The translations under genes and the position numbers were made by a program. A stretch of DNA of 64,000 nt from Dicentrarchus labrax (taxonomy: Eukaryota): positions 24,847,935 through 24,911,934 of the forward strand of contig NW_026136706.1 of the NCBI RefSeq assembly GCF_905237075.1, written 5' to 3'. The notes under the pieces are model-generated. The model had not been told where the DNA came from and ran no database searches. It saw only the letters and a list, made by a program, of their open reading frames with translations. Every line of letters begins with the position of its first letter. Within the stretch, counting starts at the first letter, position 1. This document shows positions 36,171-50,300 of the stretch, in pieces.

Positions 36171-37282
36171 GTACAGATCTGATACATTCTGCAGTAAGAG
36201 GTGGTTTGAGCACAGTGGCAATTTCATGTAAAAATTGGTACCAAAATACGCTACCCTTTACTCATGAAAACTGCATTATAACCATATTCCACTGACTTTG
36301 GAGGAAAAACAGAGCCCAAGGATATGGTCAGAGAACTAGTTAACTTGCACAATAAGGTGCACAAATATACTTGTAGGAAGAGTAAATAACAGATTAATAT
36401 GTGAATTCAACAATCAGCCAAAGAAATTAAGATATTTTAAGCTCAGCCCTTCACAATTATAATAACCTACCCAGTTTATATGACACACTGTCTCCTCAGC
36501 TACATTAGTCAGCAGCCTGAGGTATGAAGCTCTGTGAGATCCAAGGTACCAGTACTTAAATCCCTTTCCATATTATGGATATGAATGCTTAACAATGCAT
36601 TATATTACATTCAAAACTAACAAGTACTAAATATTACAGTGACCATATGAGCACAATACAAAAATATACTCAAATAACACTTAACGAAAGGATTAACGGA
36701 ATCCAACTGTGAATGAAACTATGCAATATAGTATTTGAGCAAATATCAGCCATAACTGAGTGAATCACTTTCATTCACACACTCCCCCACAATTCAGTCA
36801 CTAGTAATAAAAACACTGCAGATGACGACCTTCTTACTATAGTAATTGAATGATTAACAGCAGCAGCATCAATATCACTAAAACCGGAACATAATGGTAA
36901 TAATCATTTATTTGGTAAAGGAGCAGCAGCTGGCTGAAGGAATGAGTCCTAAAACCTGGAACAGGGTTAGCATTTTTACCACTGGGTTTTTGGTTAGATG
37001 CCTGAAATAAGGTCTGTGGTTAACATAAGCATTAGAGATTTTTACATTTAGTTCGGAAATACACCAGTAAATACCCTACCCATTTCGAAGCTTTTACATG
37101 TGTTAAAAAGGCAGTTGCTAACAAGTGACTAAATGAGACCAGAGGTTGTCGGGGGTATTAAACATCAGCACACCGAACATGGAGACTTATCTACTCACTA
37201 GCCCACCTGTACAGCCTCTGTTGTGTTTAAACTATTCTAACTCAAACGTTACAACTTCCTGATTTTACTTACAAGATTTAAA

Positions 37283-37568
37283 AAAGGACCAGTATGTCGG
37301 ATTCAGTGGCATGATTGCAATTCCCTCGCTTCACCATCCCCTTCCAATGGTGTAGGAGAAACTACAGTGGGTATCAAAGGCTCTATCTAGACTGAATGTT
37401 TTTGCTTGTCTGTTCTGGGCTACCGTGGTACTTGGCAGTTCAACATGGCGGATCCCCATAGAAGAGGACCCACTCCCTCTGTACAAACAAAAACAACAAT
37501 TCTTATTTTCAGGTAATTATATATAAAAAAAAATGTGCCAATAGATCCTCCTAAATGTTACACATGGA
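37283..37568 (+). mobile_element. MITE-like family M copy (aaggaccagtatgtcggattcagtggcat ... ttattttcaggtaattatatat ... cctcctaaatgttacacatgg)
   Basis: Collinear with the copies at 18852 and 39894. The 3' terminus is slightly truncated. Confidence 0.65.
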
Positions 37569-39893
37569 AAAATCCCATTGGCTTTTTGACGGAAGAACCA
37601 ATGCAAACATATGCAGCACTCTATATGCTCTTCACACCGCCACTGGTAAGATTTACCAGACATGCTTCTTTTGATGGTGCATGGTGATATTGAAATATTA
37701 CACAAGAAGTGTAGCTGGTTAAGTGCTACTTTGGGTCATCTGATCATTTGGAACTCAAGTTCAAGTGATGTCACCTTTGGTCAGGTGCAGCTGTTTGACA
37801 TAAGTGATGGTCAGTATGACATTGATATAGTGCAGTGTGTGTTTTCACCTTAAACATCCACATCATCAACATCATTGTCTCGTTTCATACAAGTTGTCAG
37901 TGTCAACATTTTTACAATTGATCCATGACCATCTTAACCAAGTGATATTGATTCAGTAATTTGTTGTTGCATATCCAGCCGTATGTTGCTGTTGCAGATA
38001 TTGAAGGAATATCCAATAGCCCTTTTTCACAGAAGACATTTTAACTTGTCACAGTAGGAAGAGCACAGGAATAATAAAATTAATTATAGCTGAATTCCAT
38101 TTAGCTGCTTTTGCTCCATGGTTCTGGTATATTGCAGGCTGGCTCACTGTCACAATGCCAGGGCTTACTGAGAGACTTGAATACAATGTTAATGTTATTA
38201 GTACCTAATACCTGTGCTTTTCCAGCTATGAGAAGTCAAAATGCCTGCTGTAAAAAAAAAAAGGCCCATTGATTTGCTACATTTTCAAAGAACATATCGT
38301 GAAATCTGTGTGTAGTTTAGATCACAGTGGCGACCTCCTGTCCAGCGGGCGAGCAATCTCTCTGAGGTGCTGTTAAATAACAACAAGATGGACAGAGATT
38401 GAGGAGCACAGTTCACAGGTTTCAGAGGACCACGCTGCACAAACAGCCATATATCATCATCATTATTCTGAGGGGCTGAAGATCAGTGACAGGAGGGCAT
38501 ACAGCCAAATCACATCACAAGTGACATGATAACACAACAACAGAGAGGTCATCACAGTGGGGAATACAGAATCACTGAAATGTGATGGTGGATATGCAGC
38601 TGAATATTGCTGTGTGCTGAATAAAAAGTGGAAAAGGCGACTGGATTTATATACATAAATGAAACACAATTAGACTGATGGCAGTGGTCACCTCGCTTAA
38701 ATCATGGATGTCAAGGATCTGGCAAAATTGCTTTTTCTTCTCATTTGCACGGGTCACACATCCCACTTATCTGCTTTGATTTAATTGGACAGTGACAGCA
38801 AAACTTTGCAGCCAGAGTGTTCAGGTATTTCCATATATATATATATATCTTGCTAACTAGACAATGTGTGTCAGACAAACGGCTGAGGTCAGCTGGGACT
38901 GGTGGTTAGTGGAACAAATTGAAATACGATTCTATCATGAGTTTTTTTTAATCATTTCCTTGAGCAGAAAAGGAAATTACATTGATATACAGCTAATTTG
39001 CAACAGCAAATATGTATTGAGAGAAATGAATTCCATTTTTTGAATGATCATAATTAGGAAGCGGTTTAATACAAACTTATCTCCAAAGTCGCTAGTGTTC
39101 ATACTGAATGTATGTGTAACATATTTAATTTATTTTCTCTACTAATGTCACTTGTAGCAATTTAAGCATGATTAATGAGAGATCATGATCTTGGTTAAAT
39201 ACTGAAATGGTCAACACATGAAGCATGAGACACATGAACATTTAACCAAAATCACAATCTTACCCCATACCTTAGCACCAAAGTACTTTTGTTACTTAAT
39301 CCTAACTACACATGGGTCTAAAACCCCAGTTTTTGAGACCACCCAGCCCGTTCTCATTCCTGGTGCGTCAAATACCGATGTTTTGTCTCTGCTCTTTGGC
39401 TCAAACACTAAAGTGTACCTGCACCAAGCTTTCATCCAACTCAGATGTAAGCCATCCGCATCAGGTAAAACACTTTCACCTAGGAGGCCGGGGTTCATGT
39501 CCCGCGTGAAACCAACACTTAATCCTGACTTACAAAGCATTAAGTTACATAACATAATGTACATGACTTGTGACCCGTTACTTCATAATGGGACTTGTTG
39601 CCACAATAATGGCGACATGACTTGTTTCACGAAACATACTTATTTTCAACTCAAATTATAATCTTTTCCTAAACCTAATCAAACTGTGAACGTATCACCA
39701 TTAACCACGTGTTAAAATGGCATCTCATAAAGACACTAAACGGTACCTTGTGCTTCTGTATATGATGCTGAGGGGTGTGACAAAGCAGCATTGGTATTGG
39801 ATGTTGTTGGGATTAGTATTTGATTGGGATGAGAACGTGTTGGTTCACCATCTACCATGTACCTCTTTTGTGTTGTACAAAAACATATTCATT

Positions 39894-40134
39894 TAAAGGA
39901 CCATTGTGTAGGATTTAGTGGCATCTAGCGGTGAAATTGCAGATTGCAAGCAACTGACTACAGCTCAGTCTGTGTAGGAGACATTACTGTGGCAGTAAAA
40001 CTAAAAGCACTATCTAGTTTTTGCTTTGTCTGTTCTGGGCAACTGTAGAAACATGGTGGTTCAAAATGGTGGTAACAAATGAAAATACAACAGTTGCTAT
40101 ATTCATTCATAAATATTACACGCTGGACCTTTAA
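39894..40134 (+). mobile_element. MITE-like family M copy flanked by TTAA on both sides (catTTAAaggaccattgtg ... cgctggaccTTTAAgtt)
   Basis: Terminal inverted repeats: AAGGACCA(g/t)TGTG at the 5' end and CA(c/g)(a/g)CTGGACCTT at the 3' end, flanked by TTAA or TA. Internal blocks are shared with the other copies. Confidence 0.65.
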
Positions 40135-42939
40135 GTTATTGCCACTGCACATAATCCAGACACCAATCATGTTGCACTCAAAATGTATTTGGGAATACAA
40201 ATTAGCAGTAAATAAACAATTTCTAGGAGTCATGGTTGCTTTCATACACTATTTGAATTTTTCCTCAGATGTTATTCCCCAATTTATAGGCCCATTAAAA
40301 ACATACACCTTGCCGCTTGCTTTATTTTCTGTTGGCTTTACTTGATTGGAAGCAGTGGTCCTTCAACTGCGGATCCTCTAAACAAGCAAGCAGCTGCTCT
40401 TCTGGGCCAGCCACTTCAAGGTGCAGCTGCTTGAAAGCCTCTTCAGATAAAGGAAAAATCTGTCACAGTGAATATCTTTGATCTGATAGGTTTGATCCCT
40501 AATCATACGTTTTTTTTTTATATTAATATTGAATTATTGTCATTATACAACACTGATTGCATCAGAACACTAAAATTAGTAGTTTCAGTTGTTTATGTTT
40601 GTTTTAATAAATGCAGATTACAGTCATATCTTGGTGCATGGTCATGGTTTTCAGTGTTACAAATTCATCAAGGCCTTTGTGGTCACTTGAGACAGCGTCA
40701 TAATATTGCCACCACTGGTCACACCTTAATGATCTAAGTGCTTCTGAAGGCCTCAGTACCTCACTGCTCATCCGTCAGCATTCACCATCAGGCTGTGACA
40801 GCTCAGCAGTAATGGTGTAGCCTTTCTATTTTGAAGGTCGCTTACCAGTTTAAAGTGACAAGGGAAAGCGAAGGGCCTGTGTGTCATTCCGGGCCAATAC
40901 CAGTTTGACATCTGCTTCCCTTGACGTTCAATCACTGTGATTTTCTGTTTCCCACTCAGGCTCTGTGATTCTGCAGCCCAGCTCTGCTCAGGCAGGTGGG
41001 AAGTGATGAATGTGGCTCAGGCTCCGGCAGGTGGAGAATGATGAATGGCAACAATCACACCTGACCATCAGTGGAGGTGGCACAAAGCAGCAACACAAAG
41101 AAAATGATTATCAGAGGACTTCTGTTCAATCAGTGACTTCTTACTTGGCACTACCCATGCTGTGTCTCCAAATAGCCGGATCAATAGGTCAACAGTTATT
41201 TAATTTTGAATGCTCAAATATATAAATTGAGGGAACATTTTAGTAGTTTTGGCCCAAAGACTGGATACTGAAAAAAAGTGAAAAGTTGTTTTAGACCATC
41301 AGAATCACATATAATCACCCAGTCACATGATGAAATCCCCTCACTTCTAACTGACACACCATGGATTCACTCCTTATACTTGAATGAAATTCTAGGGTCT
41401 TTATGGGCACTGACAGGAATTAAGGAAGTGAAGGTTTTGAACTTAATTCAAACTGCGCTGTACACATCAGAGACAAGCACTCCATGATCTCTAACCTCTC
41501 TAATTCATTCGTTTTCTTAGCTGTAACCATGATTGTGCGTATTTTCCTGGCGGTGCCCTAGAGATAAAGCTTTCAAGAGAATTTTAAAATGCTTAACACA
41601 AAGTTCTGCATTAATTTTATTCAACAGGAAAGTTATTTAGTCTTTAAAACATTTACTTTGACGGGCCGCCGGTATATTAACAGGGACATATTTTAGTATT
41701 TTGCAGAGAAACAGACGGAGAGAGAGAGACGTTATCTGGTGGATGTTTTACAAGCACAGAGAAGGTAAAGCAACAGTTTTGTTTTCGATAGGTTCACCTG
41801 CTGCTGTGAACACGGAATTGCGGGTGAAAGGATTCAAAACGTGGGTTGTGTTTCTTGGGCTACTACTATAAAACTTTGTGCTGACCAAAGTAACAGCAGA
41901 CACACACACAGCCTGTATATGGAGAGGGAAGCAGAAAGAGGTGAGTGGGTCAGCTGGTGTGTGTGAGACAGAGGTGTAGGTGTTGTTGTTAAGAATGGTA
42001 AAGAAAAGTAAATAAATAAATAAAGCTACACTATAAAGATAAGGTTTTAAATAGACCCAGTGATTGTTATCGGCTGATACTGCTTCTAGTGATCGGCCTC
42101 AAAAACCCTGATCGGAGCACTCATAATAATTTTGGCCAGATGGTGCCACTGAAGAAAGATCACGTTGTTTGTGGTTGAATAGATAAAGATAGATAGTTTT
42201 TCTTTGGTAAAGATGAAATTTTGACGAGATTCTGGACCTACACAGGTCAAAAAGTCAGCAAATCCTCAGGTTTCGGTCTCTGGGGTCCATGAATTTTCAC
42301 AGCAAATTAAATGACAGTTTGCTTAGTAGTGGCTGAGATATCTTGCTCTCAGCCAGTGCTCCTTGAGCCTTGAAAATTCTGTATTACTTCTTCTGCTATT
42401 TCAAGCCAGCAACATGCAAATGTGTCCTCTAAAGCTTTAAGCGTTATTACAGATTGCAGAGCCTCTTGATCTCAAAAAGTGAAGAGTATTTATCTCTTCC
42501 AGTTACTGTTTAAAATTCCACAGTGTTGTCTCAATCCTCACCAACCTGAGACTTGCAGCAGGAGAACTGGCAGGACTCTGTTGGCCATATCTGTCTGGCA
42601 TGCAAAGCAATGAGTTAATTCCAAGGCTAATATTTTCAAGATTTCAGACTGAAATCAGTTCAATGGCAGGATACTTTTAGTGAATCTAAAGCATGTGCTT
42701 TAAAACTCCCTCTTGCATAGTAATTAAAAATAGTGAGATGTTAATGGTAATTGATGGAAAAATAAGTAGCTTACCGTGCATTTTCCCATTCCCTCTGTAG
42801 AATGAAATGGCCTGGTCTCAGCAGCCTAAGTTACAGCAAAATCTACAAGTGATGGATTTAGCCCAAAGCCACTGAGAATTAAAGTGTGGCTTTTTAGGGA
42901 AACCACAGAAATCTTGGACCATAAGAATATGTGATCGAT

Positions 42940-42941
<2 letters not shown>

Positions 42942-42983
<42 letters not shown>

Positions 42984-42984
42984 G
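42942..42984. repeat. (GT)n microsatellite
   Basis: gtgtgtgt... about 20 units. Confidence 0.95.
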
Positions 42985-43977
42985 GAGAGAGTCAGAGAGG
43001 TGAAGCATAACAGCATAATTCCTATAAATAAATATAATTTATGTGGTCAGGAAGAGTGGCGCAAATTGCCAATTACTGAGTAAAATCCAATCGAAAGCCC
43101 TCACAAATGGTGCCTTTGAGGGAGCTTAGTGCCTCCACCAGGGAATGAAACACTGAGCCTGAGGAAACATGTAAATATTAATCCTAACTATCATGTAAGA
43201 GTCTGGCACACTATAATCAATACTGAATAAATTACAAATTAGGGTCCCCATATTACCAAATTACCGGATAATATACCTTTGGATTCCACATAATAGCACA
43301 TAAAGATAGATGGATAGATAGATTGATGTTCACTGACATGTATTTCATTTTATTTGTAGCAACTACAGAATGATTACATTCTTATATACATTAAGATTTG
43401 TTTTGCCACCTGGTTAAGGATAGGTAGATTAATTTGTGTTTACTTCATTAACATTGGATCAAATCCAACCAGCAATTATGATTTTGCACAAATAGTGTAA
43501 TTAACAATTATGACATAATTTAAAAGGAAACAGTGTTCTAGAAACAATAATAGAAAGAAAAGGAGGAAGAAAGAGCAGCCATCCCGGTTTGGAGGACTTT
43601 GAGTTAGGCACATGCTCATATGGTTGGGCCCAGTGTGAATCTTTAAAAGGACTCTTAATTGCCCTGTGCTTGTTTGGGTAAGTTTGATCTGGTTGTGCTG
43701 CATCATTAGTGGCTCCAACCATGAGTCATCTTCAGTATTGAGTTCTGCCTGCAGCAAAGTGTGTCTCTAACTGTGTCTTAATCAGTAGCACACTTTGTTT
43801 TTGGTTTTTAGCAATGATGATAGCAACTGACATGCTAGTTTTCTGCCAACTGTTTATTTGTGAGCCCTGTTATGCGTATGGATCCTTTAATAGTTGAATC
43901 ATGAGGCTGGCCTGTGTTAAGTCTCCTTTTTTTCGGTGAGTTGGTGCAAGATAATATTTGGGCACTATTATTTGAGC

Positions 43978-44212
43978 TATGGGTGGCTTAGCAGGTAGAG
44001 CCAGTTGTCCCTGTAATTGCAGGGTTGGCGACTCAATCCCTGGCTCCTTCTTTCCACATCATGAAGTGTCCTTGAGCAAGACACTGAACCCCACATTTTT
44101 TCTGATGGTCAGGCCAGCGCCTTACATGCTGCCATCTGTGTGTGAATGGATGAAATTTAGCTCGTTTAGATAAAGGTGCTGTATCAATGCAGTCCATGTG
44201 TCCTGTATCTAT
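43978..44212 (+). mobile_element. tRNA-derived SINE, near full length. The head is tggcttagcaggtagagc...ggttggcgactcaatccc (A- and B-box-like). The body is gtccttgagcaagacactgaaccccac...tgctgccatctgtgtgtgaatggatgaa...
   Basis: tRNA-like boxes followed by the conserved body shared with the copies at 21297 and 17975. Confidence 0.65.
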
Positions 44213-44295
44213 TTGTCTACATGCTTATGGTATATACTAAAGGAAGTTGGCAACATTAGCCTATAGGTTTGACCCAGGGTTGATGGCAACCAACA

Positions 44296-44420
44296 ACAAT
44301 ATTAACCAGTGGTGGAAAGAGTACTGAAAATCTGTACTCAAGTAGAAGTAGGCTACAGTTACTTTACTGAAATATTACTCTGCTAGAAGTAAAACTACTG
44401 ATGTTATCCCAAATGACTTA
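44296..44420 (+). mobile_element. hAT-like transposon terminus (CAGTGGTGGAAAGAGTACTGAAAATCTGTACTCAAGTAGAAGTAG...) with AAGTAC/GTACT subterminal motifs. No partner end was identified
   Basis: A CAGTGGTG start and repeated (a)gtact(c)aagta motifs resemble hAT/Tol2-type ends. The other end was not found. Confidence 0.35.
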
Positions 44421-46539
44421 CTAGTAATTACTAGAGGTGAGCGAGCACACCGTTATCTGTATCTTTTCAACCAACTACATTATCTGTGTTTGTATTCGTA
44501 CTCGGATGGGTGGGGCTTAAAGCAGACATAGGTGGGGCTTAAATTGGAAGTGGGTGGGGCAACCGAGACACCAAAGTTGCTATATTTATTTGAAAACTAT
44601 AGAACAGCCTCAGAATTGAGTTTTAGCTACCTGGTCTTAAGTGGGTGTATTTCAGAATCAGAGTCAGAATCAGAAATACTTTATTGTTCCTGGGGGGAAC
44701 CTGGTTAAATTAAAGTTTCACATTTTCTTTTAAGCCTTTTGTTTTTGTGTTGGAGATGACAGGTGGTCTAAACAGACAGAAATAAGTGCAATTTCATGCC
44801 AAAATGAGCACGAAAGTCACACTGTGCCATCTGATTGGAATAAACACATTCTCGCTGACTGCATTCCACCCACCCAAGCGGGAGTTTGGAGCCAGGAAAT
44901 TGAGCACTAACATTGCAACAGTGTTTGTGCTACAGCTGATAATGCGCTGGCATCAACATTGTACCCAAAAGGTTTCAGTTTTACTTACATCTATCTATCT
45001 GTTGCCACACTGCATGAGGAGGTAACACCTCTCTTGATTACTCTTTGGTTAGTGTTCGACAATTGTAGCAGCAACATTTACTATTTGAATAAACACACGC
45101 ACAACACCACATTCTAATCAGATCAACTGCCTACTACAGCAAAATGATAGCAAATAACACAGGGACATAACTGCTGAACTGCTGCTAGGATTGGCTTTCA
45201 CGTGTTTGGTGTATGAGGCATAAGGGATTTCTGATTTTTCTCTTTTATGAACCAATTATACGAAATGGAATAAAACATTCCTGAAGTAGGCCTGTGGTCC
45301 CACAGGCTCAGACAATACATTTCAGAATGAAAAAACACCTTCTCTCCAATGAATGACTTGAAGCTAACACAGCAATTACAGTAGAGTTTCAGCAGAATTT
45401 GCCTCGTTGTATACAGGGACTACAGGATTGCTGTTTCTTGCTAAAATGCTATTACATTTTGTGCTCAGCTAATGCAACTTTCAGTGTTCAGCTCAGGTTC
45501 GGTGTGCTACATGATATGATACATGAGCTCAGTAGCCCGGCTGGAGGTTTTTGGAGGTTATTGGAGTTTCAGCTCTGATGATACACCGCTCTCATTGTAC
45601 TCTTAGATATGCAGCACTCTGAGATAGAAACGGAGAGCTCTTCTGCAGTTAGCAAGTCTTACAATCTATCAGCTTTGCAACTTTTTAATAACATTTCCTA
45701 CACTGCAAGATGTGCAGTATTGGATAATGTACCACTAGCTTTATCCATAAGAGGATGATTAAAACCTGCTGCCAGGGGCTGATAGCATTAGCCACTATGA
45801 TAAATGACCATCACATCTATCAACCTTATTGTCAGAAAAAGAGAAAATGTTTAGTGATGTGATTAGTGTGGCTGAGGGAGGAGGAGGAGGAGACAATGCA
45901 GGAGGACATCAGGGGGCTTCATTAGCATCATTAGCAGAGATCACTCTCGAAGGTCATTTTTTGAACATTGCATCTGCAATTCAGAATAGCCAGATTTGTT
46001 CATGCTGACCTTCCCTTCATCGTCTTCACACCACTAAGTCCCATTGATCTGAGATGTTGCAGTTAGTCGTGTCTCAGAAAGTACTGTCAGTTTACTGTGC
46101 TTTAATGATGATCCTCTCGTCGCATATTGCAGACACTTCACTTGAAAATGCCAGATTGGCTTTCTAATGATGAACAAGCCATGCAAAGACCTTTGGCATT
46201 ACATTTCTACTTCAGATAAAGTTTTCTTATAACACAAGAATGATGAATGCCCACCTGCCATCTGAAGGAAATGTATTGAAAGAAATGAAAATAGCATCAA
46301 ACCTTGTTTGACTGCCGCCTGCCTGTGCCAGTTTCTTTAACAGTAGCTAATCACATCAACAGCAGGGTGACATATACAGTATATATAGTCCTATAGTTAA
46401 CAGCAATAAATTATTACAGCCTTTAACTTCAAAACAAGAGAAGACAAGACAGTCCAACAGTCTGCCCTGCTTCCTGCAGTCTGTGGCCAGGTGTAAAAAG
46501 GTTTGAAAACGGGTGAATCTCAAAGTGCTCTGCAAATGA

Positions 46540-46700
46540 TCCTTCCTATCCTGCTTATCCCGTGCAGGATTGCAAGGGGCTTGAGCTTAACCCAGCTCAT
46601 GCCCAGCTTTAGGGCCAGGGGCTGGGTACATCCCTGGACAAATTGCAGGTCTATCACAGGGCTGACACATATATTTGGCCTTTTCCACCACAGGAATCTG
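46540..46700 (+). repeat. Fragment of a widespread teleost interspersed repeat (…ggggctgggtacatccctggacaaattgcaggtctatcacagggctgacacatat…)
   Basis: Matches the common fish repeat core '...gggtacaccctggacaggtcgccagtctatcgcagggctgacacatagagac...' as I recall it. Confidence 0.5.
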
Positions 46701-47089
46701 ACAACCTTTAACTTAAGGAGGTGGTACTAAATCCAAATTGATATTTTCTTGGGGGCAATTGCTGCTTTGAAACACTGCAACCACAATAAAAAATGCAGGT
46801 GTGTTTGATCAGCACTGCAAGGAAGGGTGTTTCACCTATGTACAGACAATATGGCCGTCGCCATTTTGTTTTATTTGAGACAGAAGTGACTATATTTGGA
46901 CAAGAGCATGGAGCTGGTGTGTGATGTATTGTGAGTTGGGCTGCAGTTGGTTTTTACTCCATTTTCAAGCAGGAGAAAATGGCAGCCTGCCTGGTCACAA
47001 ACTTTCTTGTATTAATGTTAAACAGTACGCTAAAATATGTTTCTGAAAGAATTTGAACCCTGAAGAAAAGCCCACTTTATTGTCTGTTT

Positions 47090-47345
47090 TACTGGGACTA
47101 TAATTTATTAAATGAACATCATACTGTATGAAAGAAGCCTTGAAACTAGCAGTTAAGACCATGAACTCATTAGGAAACAGATTATTGAGGCAATAAATCA
47201 AGTGAGAGGTTTTGCCATTCAGTTGAATACAATCAGACTTCTTTTTGGAGAAAATGCAGATCATAAGAAAGAATGCAGGTTTAAGGCATTTCTGCAGAAG
47301 CTCTGTACACTAATGTATACCATCAGTGGTTTTACTGCAATGTTA
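47090..47345 (+). repeat. Interspersed repeat family B, copy 2
   Basis: See 5690-6030. Confidence 0.6.
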
Positions 47346-50300
47346 TGGATTTGTAAACTGTAGATAGTTAGCACAACGTGAAGAGTGTGAAGTACTGTAG
47401 CAACCTATTTTTTCCACTCAGTAGCAGGGCAGCACGACCTAATGCTTCATCATTATATTTTCACCTCAATAAAATATTTTCTTATCCTAGTGCTACTGTG
47501 ATCTGCACACTAGAATGCGCCCGAGCCACATAAGTCAAGTAGGCTAGTCCAGCTGATGTGACCAAAACATTTTTCAAGACTTTTGTCTGAACCCAGCCCA
47601 ACCCATCGGGTCCCAATGGATCCTGTCTTGGGTTAGGGTCAGGTATGAAATAAGTTTGTAAATTTTCTTATAAAAGGAAAATGGAAAGGATGTCTAAATA
47701 GGGGATGCTATGGATACCAAAATGTCAAGTGATCTGTTTAAAACAGGTGTAGCAGGATGTGTTTCAAAAGGGAGAGGTGTCTGAGGCTTGATAGCATACA
47801 GTAACAGATTCAACAGATACACAGTTAAATTAATCCCTTATGGTTAAACACTGTTTAACTATAATGTCTCTGGTTGGATAATGAGCTAACAGTGTGTCAT
47901 AATGTTGCCTTGCATTGACAATGGACTGGGAAGAAGAATTGGAGTGCACAGCTGGCTGATGGGAGCAGTCAGATTGTAAGCAGATGAAGCTGTCCTTGTC
48001 TAAACTAATAGTTATATGTCAGTTTGAATTGTTTTTCACAGACTGTGAAGTGATAGGTGTTAACATGAAAGTACATCTTCCTTCTTAGGAGCTAATTAAG
48101 GGTATTATTCCATTTCCCAGTCCCTGTCTGTGTGTATACATAATCCTTGTTTGCATTTTCTTTTGCTTTACTTATTCTACATATTCTTAGTTATTCTCAC
48201 AATACGTTGTAGGTATTTGGCAGTTATGCAAGCCAATGTAAAGCAAGGTGCTCCTTAGAGGAGTTAAAGCTATGAATTTGAAAAAAAGTTGTGTCTTTAT
48301 CTTGGGAGACCAGACAAACAATATTTCACCACGGTCTTACCCAGCAAACTCAGCGGCGCTCACATTGAGACTCTCTCCCTATAAACAGAGCTAGTTCACA
48401 GTAATGGCTTCCTGAGGGACAGATAGGAAATAGACCCTACAGAGGTAGATAGTCCTCCTCTCACAAGTCCCATCTTCTTGTAAATTTGCAGCAGTCTCAG
48501 TGGGGTGATAAAACAGATGCACAATTTACAAGCTGTGGGACAGCAACAACACGCATTTGAGTTATTACCAAGAGCAGAAAATTGAAGCAGGAGTCATGTT
48601 TTATGCAAACAACTAAAATATCCCTGTCTACCTCCTGTATCATTAATGTTTACCAATTCAAAAGATACTTTAGTGTTTGGGAACAACACTGAAAACCACA
48701 ATCTAAAGAACAAAATAATAATGCTTTCAGAGCTATGCTGGTTGTAAAGAGAGCTGCTAATGTTGTCCTAAAGGTGGCGCTAGAAAAAAGCCAATGAGGT
48801 CATTAAGTTCAAACAGAAGGTTTTACCCCTTCAGAGCATAATTGTGCTCATCAAACTTCACAGCAAACTTCATTGAAGACGCTACAAAGGGAACCACTGT
48901 CGCTAATATATTATCCAACAACCAAGTTGCAGTGGGAGATAACAGCTGAGAGACAAGCTTCCAATTCTTTCCTGATGCAATCTCTTTTTTTAATTAAAGA
49001 AATATATTTTATTAAAAAACGGCTTATGGCAGATCGTTAAAAAATAAACACCATTAGAGAACAATTTTTAATCAACTCTGAAAGCAGCAGCCCCTTAAGT
49101 GCAGAAATGTATTTGTTTATTTTCAGGGCCAATGCACATTGATCAACATCAATATAAATGTGTTACAAGTGTTTTATTGTCAACTGTTGTCCCATTTATA
49201 TGGTATTAAATTGTTTTCCTAAATACACGTAGTGTATGTAGTGAGAAACAAATCTTATTATGTTCAGAGGCAATGTTTTTCGGACAGCATGAAGTGCTAC
49301 ATTTATGCATTGCATGTTGGGGGGGGTAGTCAAGTCTCAAGTCACATTTTTCCATTTTGAAACTTCTTTATAATCTTACCAAGTGCCGTCATGTACCTAA
49401 ACATAACCATAAAAAGCTTAATGACGCTGTACTCACTACAAGATATTGTATTGCAAGAAATTGATATTTTGGTGGAAAACAAATACATTGTGTGAACATT
49501 TTACTGATATGTTCAATTTCAACATTTCGCAAGATGCCACATTTGTTAATTAACAACATTTCCGCTTCATGTTAATAGAGAATATAGTACAGTCTGCATT
49601 TCCTTCAAAACATATTTGCTGTTGCAGTTGTGCATTAACATAATTTCTAGGGGACGTGGATGTTCAGTGTGTACACAAGATGCATTCAGCCACAGTGTGT
49701 TGTCACCCACATTTTGGCAGCTCTCAGTGCTCGAAACACAATCACTGTAGGTATGTGTGCAAAAAAGGAGCAAATAGACTTAAAGCCTAAAAAATATGCC
49801 TCTGGCCGTGGTTGTATGTGTAAAGCACAAGCCTGTGTTATTGATTAAAATGAAGACAGATGCCTGAAAAACACAGCTGAAATGCACCCGGTGTCAACAG
49901 GGCAATGCTAGCAGCTCTGAGGCTGTACTAAGGTTGTGATTTAAGTTAAATTTGAATGTTTTCATTCTCACAATGAACATGTTAACAAACCAATGTCTGT
50001 CCAGCCAAATTAAAACACGTCTTACAACTCCTCTGCAGTATACACAATTTGAGCTGTCTTCAGATGATAAGCAGGTAGAGCTCAGAGCATGGATGTATAA
50101 ACAGAACTGGATACAGTGTTGGAGGCGGCGCTCCATTCGTCCCTTTTGAAAGCTGCTCATGGGCAACCGTGGCCCATAGAGCATGCGCACTAGAGACTTT
50201 TTCTGGCTATGTTTGTGATTAAAAGCATATCCCCTGTCACTGTGTATGCAACAGCTAGGCTAACTTTAGCAAGCTACGTTAATAAACTATATGTCTATTC

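Noticed and set aside
39218-39661. The longest ORF in the track (147 aa, + strand), overlapped by ORFs on the other strand
   Set aside because: The composition is low-complexity (T/P/S/L-rich), there is no recognisable domain, and there is no start context or splice logic. Overlapping opposite-strand ORFs of similar size are typical of chance ORFs in AT-rich repeat DNA.
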